DNA from: a virus
Lineage: Duplodnaviria > Caudoviricetes
DNA: 42,992 nt
Virus record (IMG/VR): IMGVR_UViG_3300042264_000081
Strand: one strand, 5' to 3'
The notes under the pieces were generated by a model. It saw nothing but the letters and a program-made list of their open reading frames with translations. It did not search any database and was not told the origin of the DNA. Both the position numbers and the translations under genes were made by a program. Shown in pieces: positions 35,928-42,992 of this stretch; position 1 is the stretch's first letter, and each line of letters opens with the position of its first letter.

Positions 35928-36743
35928 ATGGCTTATACATTAGATGATGTAGCTGTAGAAGAATTCAGCGCACGAGTAACTACCCTTTACCAACAGGAAA
36001 CCTCTTTACTTAGAGATTCCTGCACATATTACAGCGGCAACGGTCTTACAATGAACATTCCTACGTTCGGTTCTGTAACCGCCACTGTTAACAAAGCTGC
36101 AAATGCCGCATTAACAGATAGTGAAGTACCAGCCGCACAAGTAGCTGTAACTGCTAACAAGATTCACGTACCAGCTTATTTCGATAGTTTGGATCAGTTC
36201 ACTACAAACGTAAGCTATCGTGAAAACTTAGCTAAAGCAGTTGTTGCCGCAGCAATGAGAGAAGTTGATGATTTCATTCTTACCGCGTTAGACGCAACAG
36301 CAAGTTCCGCTGTAACCATGCCAACCGCCAACACGCTTAACAAAGCCGGTATCGCAAAACTTGCTTCTCTTTTGATGGCTGACAAGGTTCCAATGGCTAA
36401 TAGAACATTGGTCGTTTCCGTTGGCGCATGGGAAGATATGATTGCAGATACTACGCTTACAAGCTCTGACTATATGAAAGACAAAGCTATTGCAGACGGT
36501 TACTTTACAAACGTTCTTGGTTTCAAGGTTATTCCTCACACCGAAACTAAAGTAACTGCCACACCTACAGGACGTGAAGTTTATGCATTCCATAAAGATA
36601 TGATTGCTCTTTATGAACCTGCACCGCTTACGGTGAAAGTAAACTATTCCCCTGATAAAGACAGTTGGGTTGTATTGGCTTCCGGTATGATCAACGCTGG
36701 CTTAGTACAAGATAAAGTAAAATGGGCGGCAATTGCGGATTGA
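35928..36743 (+). CDS. major capsid protein
   Basis: EEFSARV..YQQ..S.LR, AAAMREVDDFILTAL, VP...R.LVV, LGFKVI, AFHKD pattern of podoviral HK97-fold coats; followed by a terminator and tail tube genes. Confidence 0.85.
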   Translation: MAYTLDDVAVEEFSARVTTLYQQETSLLRDSCTYYSGNGLTMNIPTFGSVTATVNKAANAALTDSEVPAAQVAVTANKIHVPAYFDSLDQFTTNVSYRENLAKAVVAAAMREVDDFILTALDATASSAVTMPTANTLNKAGIAKLASLLMADKVPMANRTLVVSVGAWEDMIADTTLTSSDYMKDKAIADGYFTNVLGFKVIPHTETKVTATPTGREVYAFHKDMIALYEPAPLTVKVNYSPDKDSWVVLASGMINAGLVQDKVKWAAIAD

Positions 36744-36772
36744 GACTAATCGGCTTTAGATAACGTAACATG

Positions 36773-36807
36773 AAAGAGAGAGGCTTAACCGCTTCTCTCT
36801 TTTTTTT
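36773..36807 (+). terminator. intrinsic terminator after capsid
   Basis: AGAGAGAGGC-loop-GCTTCTCTCT plus T-run; TAAATA box follows immediately (36809). Confidence 0.8.
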
Positions 36808-36837
36808 GTAAATATAGGAAACAAGAGGTTTCCATGA

Positions 36838-37416
36838 ATGACAACAGCAATTGATTTATGTTCCGCCGCATTAATTAAAATAGGCTCTAGTAGCATAAAC
36901 TCTTTCAATGATGGTTCTAGAGAATCAGAAGTAGCCGTTTCTCTTTATCAATCCATTAAACGTGCAGAACTTACACATACATGGAGTTTCAACGCGGTTA
37001 ACTGCATTCTGTCACGTCATGTAGATGCACCTACCGATAAGAGATATACAGCGAAATATCAGAAACCTTCTGATTGTTTGAAGATTGTTGCAGTTTATGA
37101 TTCCAGTGGAAGACACATTGACTTCCTATCAGAAAGTTCATTCATATACACGAACACGGAATCAGCCACATTGAAATATCAATCTGATTGCGATGAAAAC
37201 TTATTCCCTCCCCTCTTTGCGGAAGCGTTGATTTCTAAGCTTGCCTATTCGTTCTGCACACCGATGCAAGGCGATAGAGAATTAGCTAAATCATTATGGG
37301 GAGAATATACGGATAGAATTAAGAAAGCCCGCTTTGATGATATGTCTTCATCTATTCCGCGTTCTGTATATTCCAGTTCAACATTCGTGAAAGCCCATTA
37401 TGGTGCAAACTATTAA
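36838..37416 (+). CDS. tail tubular protein A (T7 gp11-like)
   Basis: IDLCSAAL.KIG...I.SF.DGSRE, WSF, PSDCL, FPPLF.EAL...LA motifs. Confidence 0.88.
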   Translation: MTTAIDLCSAALIKIGSSSINSFNDGSRESEVAVSLYQSIKRAELTHTWSFNAVNCILSRHVDAPTDKRYTAKYQKPSDCLKIVAVYDSSGRHIDFLSESSFIYTNTESATLKYQSDCDENLFPPLFAEALISKLAYSFCTPMQGDRELAKSLWGEYTDRIKKARFDDMSSSIPRSVYSSSTFVKAHYGANY

Positions 37417-37428
37417 GGAATTAGATAT

Positions 37429-39408
37429 GTGAAGAAACCTATTAGCTTACCTCAGATATCATTCGGTTCCGGTGAATTCGGGCCATATATGTACGGTCGT
37501 TATGATTTGGAAGATTACCAACGATCAGGGAAAACCGTAGAGAATTGGTTGGTTCTCCCGCATGGCCCTATCCAGCGAAGACCGGGATTCAAATTCGTTT
37601 ATGAACTTCCTGTATCTGGAGACAATACACGATTAGCAAGATTCAGTTTCAACACAGAACAGCAATACTTACTATGCTTCACGAATAATGCCTTACGTAT
37701 TTTTCGAGATAACGTTCTGGTATCGACTGAGACGACTACTTACCCTTTCTCTGATTTAACGGATTTGAGATTTACAACAGCCGGTGACACCATGTTGATA
37801 TTCCATGAAGATCACCCGGTTAAGGTTTTGCGTCGTAACGGTGCCGATGATGATTGGTCATTCGAGTCTGTCACATTCACTAACACGCCATTCTATCGTT
37901 ATAATTATACGGTAACTATTACACCTTCCGCAGCTACCGGAACCGGTATCACATTCACGGCTTCCGACGATTATTTTAGTTCTGATTGGGTTGGTTTAAA
38001 AATCCGTATAAGTCAGGGATTGGCTACCGTTACCGGTTATACCAGTCCAACAGTAATCACAGTTGATATTGACGAAGATTTAATTGATACCGTCGCTAAC
38101 AGCGCATTTGAGGAAGAAGCATTTTCCGTAGTTAGAGGCTATCCTAGAAGCGGTGTTTTTTATCAGAACAGATTAGTGCTAGGTGGCGTTAAATCCGCAC
38201 CTTCCTTGTTAATGTTCTCAGTGGTTGGCGATTTCTATAACTTCATTGATAAGCAATGGGACGGTGTAGAGGTTGCACCCGGAGAAACAGAGAACAGAAT
38301 TGTTACCGACGATTCAGGTTTCATTTATCAAATCACGACTGGCGAACAACAGATTATCACAGAGCTTAAAGCTTCCAGAAACCTACATGTTTTTTCAACG
38401 GAAGCGGAATCAATCGTAACCGGCGGAACCGGACAAGCCATAACGCCAACCAATCGAAACGTTTTAACTCAATCATTCTTCGGTAGTGCCAAGGTTCCTG
38501 TTTTGGATGTGGAAGGCGAATTAATGTTTGCCACTCGAAACAATCGTGAAATCAGAAAGATGGCTTATGATCTCAATACAGACAGTTTCAAATCCGATAA
38601 CAGCACATTGCTTGCCCATCATATTTTCACTTCCAATAACAAACCGGTTGATATGGCTTTGTTATCTGGATATCGAGACACACAATCAAATTTCGTATTC
38701 ATCCCTAGAACGGACGGACAATTAGCGGTTTGCACCATTAACACTAATAAGGAAGTTCTAGGTTGGTCTAGGTTCACAACCCAAGGCGATTTCAAGAGAG
38801 TTATGGTTCTCAGTTCTGATAACGGGAATGGTTTGCGTGAAACACTTTATGTGGTTGTCGATAGGGAAAACGGCACATTCATTGAGCGATTAGAGGAAGA
38901 AGACGTTTATCTAGATTCTCACTACGTCCTAACCAGCGGCACCGCTAAGACCGCTTGGACCGGAGCAACCGCCTTAGCCGATGAAACCTGCCACGTCCTA
39001 GCAGGGGGCTTAGTGGAAACCCCTGTAACCGTAGCTAGTGATGGCTCATTCGTGACGGAACAAGAAGTTACGGACGTGCATATCGGATTACCGTACACCT
39101 CTTTTGCCGAGACGATGGAATTCGTTGTGAGCATTGAAAGCATTGTGAAGAAAGGCGAACGTATAACGAAGGTTAAGGCTCGTGTTCATTGCCTGGATAC
39201 AAAAGCCCTTAATGTTGATCAGTACAGAGTTCCATTCAGACAGTTAGGCGACAACTTATTAGATCAGCCGTTACCCACATTTACCGGTGTAAAGACGATT
39301 GCACTTTCCGGTTCCGGTAGTTCTCCTACTTTGACTGTATCTGTAAGCGAACCGTTGCCTTGTACAATCTTGAATATCGTAACAGACATATTGGTACCTG
39401 ATGCATGA
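37429..39408 (+). CDS. tail tubular protein B / nozzle (T7 gp12-like)
   Basis: Q.SF..GE..P.MYGR.D...Y...N....P.G...RRPG; GYP....FYQNRL motifs. Confidence 0.9.
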   Translation: MKKPISLPQISFGSGEFGPYMYGRYDLEDYQRSGKTVENWLVLPHGPIQRRPGFKFVYELPVSGDNTRLARFSFNTEQQYLLCFTNNALRIFRDNVLVSTETTTYPFSDLTDLRFTTAGDTMLIFHEDHPVKVLRRNGADDDWSFESVTFTNTPFYRYNYTVTITPSAATGTGITFTASDDYFSSDWVGLKIRISQGLATVTGYTSPTVITVDIDEDLIDTVANSAFEEEAFSVVRGYPRSGVFYQNRLVLGGVKSAPSLLMFSVVGDFYNFIDKQWDGVEVAPGETENRIVTDDSGFIYQITTGEQQIITELKASRNLHVFSTEAESIVTGGTGQAITPTNRNVLTQSFFGSAKVPVLDVEGELMFATRNNREIRKMAYDLNTDSFKSDNSTLLAHHIFTSNNKPVDMALLSGYRDTQSNFVFIPRTDGQLAVCTINTNKEVLGWSRFTTQGDFKRVMVLSSDNGNGLRETLYVVVDRENGTFIERLEEEDVYLDSHYVLTSGTAKTAWTGATALADETCHVLAGGLVETPVTVASDGSFVTEQEVTDVHIGLPYTSFAETMEFVVSIESIVKKGERITKVKARVHCLDTKALNVDQYRVPFRQLGDNLLDQPLPTFTGVKTIALSGSGSSPTLTVSVSEPLPCTILNIVTDILVPDA

Positions 39409-39845
39409 TAGAATGTAAGGATGCTACAGAAGAAAACTTAGCGTATATCTGGCAGAATATGAGGAAGCAAGATAAGACGGAACTTACTCATATGGGCTAT
39501 ACCGATGCCAACTACATTGACAGGCTTATTAATGTCGATATGGGATTGGTTGTTTATTATGAAGGTGTTCCGCTTTGTTACATTTTTGCTCAGAAAACTA
39601 CGCATTGCGCCATAATAGGATTCTTCGCAACTCCTGAAATCAATAAGCGTCCATTTGTGTTTCATCTATTTGCAAAAGGTATCGTTGATATCTTTAAAGA
39701 AGAGCTATTCGGCTACAGATGCATGATTTGCTTATGGGAAAAATATGAACGATCCAAGAAATGGGTTAAGGCTTTAGGTTTTACCCCTACCAAACATACA
39801 ATGTTTATGAACAATGAGTTGTTCCGTTTGTATGAAAACAGATAA
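39405..39845 (+). CDS. T7 gp13-like/GNAT-fold virion assembly protein
   Basis: NMRKQDKTE and KW.KALGF motifs; position after the nozzle. Confidence 0.7.
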   Translation: MIECKDATEENLAYIWQNMRKQDKTELTHMGYTDANYIDRLINVDMGLVVYYEGVPLCYIFAQKTTHCAIIGFFATPEINKRPFVFHLFAKGIVDIFKEELFGYRCMICLWEKYERSKKWVKALGFTPTKHTMFMNNELFRLYENR

Positions 39846-39872
39846 ATAACTGAGAATTGAGAGGATAATCAT

Positions 39873-40070
39873 ATGTGTGGATCGTTACTCGCCCCGAAAG
39901 CGCCAAAACCTGTAAAGGTAAATGATGAAGATATTGCGAAACAAGAAAAGGAAAGACAGTTAGAAGCTTCAAGGAAAGCCGAAGAAGCTAAGAGACGTAG
40001 AGCTACCGGTTTCGGTTCATTATTCAGTGAGGAAACTGGCCAGTTAGGAGTCTCTACTAAAAAACTTTAA
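39873..40070 (+). CDS. small virion protein (T7 gp7.3-like)
   Basis: MCG...PKAPKP N-terminus; precedes the portal. Confidence 0.65.
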   Translation: MCGSLLAPKAPKPVKVNDEDIAKQEKERQLEASRKAEEAKRRRATGFGSLFSEETGQLGVSTKKL

Positions 40071-40085
40071 TGAGAACAATAATGA

Positions 40086-41681
40086 ATGAAAGATATTACA
40101 GATATTAAATTACTCCTAGAACATGCCAAGTCATTGAAGTCTATTCATGCTGGCGAAATAGATGAAGCGTACAAGTACGTATTCCCTAGTCGTCAATTAT
40201 TCATTGGCGATGTTCCACCAGATCGCAGCAACATCTTTGACACCACTGCATATGAAGGCGTAAGAGAGTTACAAACCTCAATTCAAAACATGTTGATTCC
40301 TCAATCTCGCCCTTGGGTTAACGTAACGTTCAAGAATGATAACCTAAAGAACGAACTTAATTCCTTGATCGCGGAACACTTAGCGGAATCCAACAGTACG
40401 ATTACAAATCACTTTCTTAATTCCCGTTTCTATCTCGAAATCGGTAATTGTGTTTTGGACACAATCATTGCAGGTACCGCTTGCATGGCTATTCATGATG
40501 ATCCGTTTGAACCGATCACTTATGAATGTGTACCTCTTAAACAAATTTCATTCATTGAGAACAAACAAGGTAACGTTGATTGCGTATTCAGGGAACATGA
40601 TTGGACGGCACGCCAGCTTATGGCGAAGTTTAATAACCTACCTTCATACGTGACGGAAGCTAAGGAAACTCAGACATTCACAATCGTTGAAGCTGCTATC
40701 ACTCATAAGAAACAGGTTCATTATTCCATTAATCTTACTAAGGATTGGACGAAGCTTTCTGAAAAGAAGATGAAATATCTTCCATTCATTGTATGGCGTT
40801 GGAGTAAGAGCAATACGCCTTGGGGAGATTCCCCCGTTCGTGCGGCACTTCCTACCATTCGTGTAATCAACGTCATGCAGAAAACCCTTATGGCCGCAGC
40901 CGAGTTTGCGAGCCTAGGCGCATGGCAAACTTCCGATGAAGGCGTAAATATTGAGTTGCTTTCCCGATTGCTAACCCCAGGCGGAATCGTTCCATCTGCG
41001 GAACCGTTGCAACCAATCGCATTCCCAGGCAACTACCCAATCACGTCCGATCTAATCGAGAAAACAAAGTTTGAAATCCGTTCAATCCTTATGAATCGCG
41101 GATTACAACAGAACAAAAACACCTATAAGACCGCTACCGAAATCTTAGCAGAACAGGAAATGTTCCTAGCTTCCATCGGTGCGCCAGCTAGAAGACTTCA
41201 AGATGAAGCCTTGAAACCTATTGCTACTCAGATTGTTAGCCGTCTTTCAGATAGAGGCGATATTCCTAAACTTACTAAGGAACATATTGCCATTGTTCGT
41301 GAGTTAGGTTTTGACGTTGAAACCGCAGAAGATATCTTTGAAGTTGAAGTTAATGCGGCTGTGAAACAGGTAATCAATCAGCAACAGGCACAGCAAGATT
41401 TAATGGCTTATGCCCAGGCGATACAGGTATTGCCGGAAGAAGTTTCAATGCGAGTTAACAAGGATAAGTTCGCTATCAAATTATTAAGAGGCTTTGGGTT
41501 CTCAGACGAATTAACAAATTCAGATGAAGAAGTTGAAGAAATGAAAGCACAACTAGCACAACTACAACAAGCACAACAGGCTATGAGCATGGCGCAACAA
41601 GCGGGCGATGCTGGCGGCTCAATCAATAATGCACTTAACGGACCATTAGGGGAGGCATTAGGTCAAATAACAGAACGATAA
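40086..41681 (+). CDS. portal (head-tail connector)
   Basis: IFDTTA, PW, GTACM, RWSK...WG.SP...ALP, KTATEI motifs; Q-rich C-terminus. Confidence 0.92.
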   Translation: MKDITDIKLLLEHAKSLKSIHAGEIDEAYKYVFPSRQLFIGDVPPDRSNIFDTTAYEGVRELQTSIQNMLIPQSRPWVNVTFKNDNLKNELNSLIAEHLAESNSTITNHFLNSRFYLEIGNCVLDTIIAGTACMAIHDDPFEPITYECVPLKQISFIENKQGNVDCVFREHDWTARQLMAKFNNLPSYVTEAKETQTFTIVEAAITHKKQVHYSINLTKDWTKLSEKKMKYLPFIVWRWSKSNTPWGDSPVRAALPTIRVINVMQKTLMAAAEFASLGAWQTSDEGVNIELLSRLLTPGGIVPSAEPLQPIAFPGNYPITSDLIEKTKFEIRSILMNRGLQQNKNTYKTATEILAEQEMFLASIGAPARRLQDEALKPIATQIVSRLSDRGDIPKLTKEHIAIVRELGFDVETAEDIFEVEVNAAVKQVINQQQAQQDLMAYAQAIQVLPEEVSMRVNKDKFAIKLLRGFGFSDELTNSDEEVEEMKAQLAQLQQAQQAMSMAQQAGDAGGSINNALNGPLGEALGQITER

Positions 41682-41697
41682 TTAGAGGAACCATAAC

Positions 41698-41934
41698 ATG
41701 AATTATAACGACGATAAGAAACCTGAACTTGAATACACCGATTGGCCAGAACTTTATAAGGTAGTTTTTAAACATAATGCAGTTGGCGCTAAAGTGTTAG
41801 ACGATATCAAGCGCAACATTATGAAGACAAAGATTGATGCAAATAATATCAGTCCTGAGACAGCTATCTATAAGGTAGCTCAATTAGATGTAATTAGAAG
41901 AATTGAAAACCTATTAGAGGAAAAACGTAAATGA
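41698..41934 (+). CDS. small head-associated protein (Bbp19-like)
   Basis: YK.VF....G.KVL.D...Q..V.R.I pattern; sits between portal and scaffold. Confidence 0.65.
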   Translation: MNYNDDKKPELEYTDWPELYKVVFKHNAVGAKVLDDIKRNIMKTKIDANNISPETAIYKVAQLDVIRRIENLLEEKRK

Positions 41935-42746
41935 CAACCACAACTGAAACCACAAACACAACCGTAACCGAAGAAACTAAGGCACCTGTAGAATCTCCTA
42001 ATTCCTTGTTATCGAATACCGAAACCAATGATAAAACGGAAGAAAGTTCCACTGAAACCAATGAGGTTAAGGAAACAACAGAGGAAGCACCTAAGCTATT
42101 AGCAGGTAAGTACAAGACACCGGAAGCTTTAGAGGAAGGTTATAAGAACCTTGTTAAGAAGTTAGCTGAAAAAGGTCCACAACCTCTTGAAGAAATTACA
42201 CCTGACATTCTTAAAACTGCAATGGATGAAGCCGGATGGGAAGCTTTACCAGCGGATGAAAACCCAGAAGTTTACGAAAAGTTCATTGGTGAATTGAAAG
42301 ATAAAGGTTTCACTACTCAGGAACAGATTAACAATGTTTTCAAATTAGGTAGCACATGGCTTGCAGAACATGTCGCTAACGTTGGCCCATCTATCGACAT
42401 TCCAGCCGAACAAGCCGCATTAGAAAAGGAATGGGGAGCGGAATTCAAAGGCAAGGTTGATGCAGTTACGAAGTTTGCTAAAGCCAATCTTGAACCTGAT
42501 GTATATGAACCATTGGGCAGAACCGCAGCCGGTATGAAGTTCCTTGAATCATATATGAATAGCAATTCTAACGGTGTTTTATCTAACACATTATCTAACG
42601 CGGATTCTGCAAACACATTAGAAAGCCTACAGAATGAATTACAGGAAGTTAATAGGAACCCTGATTACCTTAAAAGCAAAAGCTTACAAGCCAAAGCCAC
42701 TGAATTAGCTACACGAATTGTAGCGATTAAGAAAGGCCGAAGATAA
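41931..42746 (+). CDS. capsid scaffolding protein
   Basis: Acidic T/E-rich N-terminus, LAGKYKT.E.LE.GY.NL, L.KEWG motifs. Confidence 0.85.
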   Translation: MTTTTETTNTTVTEETKAPVESPNSLLSNTETNDKTEESSTETNEVKETTEEAPKLLAGKYKTPEALEEGYKNLVKKLAEKGPQPLEEITPDILKTAMDEAGWEALPADENPEVYEKFIGELKDKGFTTQEQINNVFKLGSTWLAEHVANVGPSIDIPAEQAALEKEWGAEFKGKVDAVTKFAKANLEPDVYEPLGRTAAGMKFLESYMNSNSNGVLSNTLSNADSANTLESLQNELQEVNRNPDYLKSKSLQAKATELATRIVAIKKGRR

Positions 42747-42992
42747 TTGCTAAGACGTTCTGCTAAATCAAAAGGCGTATTGTTCCAGAATTGGATTCGT
42801 GAAACAATCGTTGATGAATTCGGGATTGAACCGGACGAGATACGAACGGCAGTAGGTGGCGAAACGGGAGCCGATATCAAGCTGATCACCAAGGCAGCTA
42901 GGGAGCGGTTCCCCTACACCGTAGAAGCCAAGCGGCAAGAGGGGTACGCCAACGTCTATCGAGCCTATGCCCAGGCGGAAGCCCATAAGCAT
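42747..42992 (+). CDS. PD-(D/E)xK nuclease, putative Holliday junction resolvase (partial, runs off the window)
   Basis: Not in track; SAKSKGVLFQNWIRE...GADIKL...ARERFPYTVEAKRQE. Confidence 0.75.
   Translation, partial: MLRRSAKSKGVLFQNWIRETIVDEFGIEPDEIRTAVGGETGADIKLITKAARERFPYTVEAKRQEGYANVYRAYAQAEAHKH

Larger units (their letters stand above)
11216..42992. mobile_element. AT-rich integrated T7-like podovirus-type element (prophage or virion-encoding satellite), right end outside window
   Basis: Abrupt composition drop after selC, integrase near the junction, complete podoviral morphogenesis set. Confidence 0.9.

Noticed and set aside
11216-42992. T7-type 23-bp phage RNA polymerase promoters, or a diversity-generating retroelement
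   Set aside because: No long conserved promoter repeat, reverse transcriptase or TR/VR pair was seen by eye

Overview
The window holds two adjacent mobile elements joined back-to-back at an intact selenocysteine tRNA gene (selC, 11118-11215). (1) Left, 1-~11110: very GC-rich, alphaproteobacterial-looking, and truncated by the window edge. It is a PICI/satellite-like or reduced prophage. It carries a tyrosine integrase, an Arc-type repressor with two operators, an excisionase, an HTH replication initiator with internal iterons, a probable cos region, a P27-type small terminase, a ClpP-like protease and a lambda-type tape measure protein. No capsid, portal or large terminase is visible. (2) Right, ~11216-42992 and continuing: a strongly AT-rich integrated element with a complete but rearranged T7-like podovirus virion set (terminase, portal, scaffold, capsid, tail tubes A/B, internal virion proteins, tailspike). 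It also has a GH108 endolysin, a primase-helicase fusion, HNH nucleases, an Acb2-like anti-CBASS sponge and a Rap1a-like moron. I found no RNA polymerase, sigma factor, DNA polymerase or repressor in the ~31.8 kb seen. The main unexplained signal is a (TA)TAAATA box, matching the T4-superfamily gp55 late promoter, correctly oriented and usually 23-29 nt before the start codon of almost every lytic transcription unit. This suggests (inference) a virion-encoding satellite or prophage that stays silent until a T4-like helper phage supplies its late transcription machinery. All product calls come from motif recognition by eye; no searches were run.
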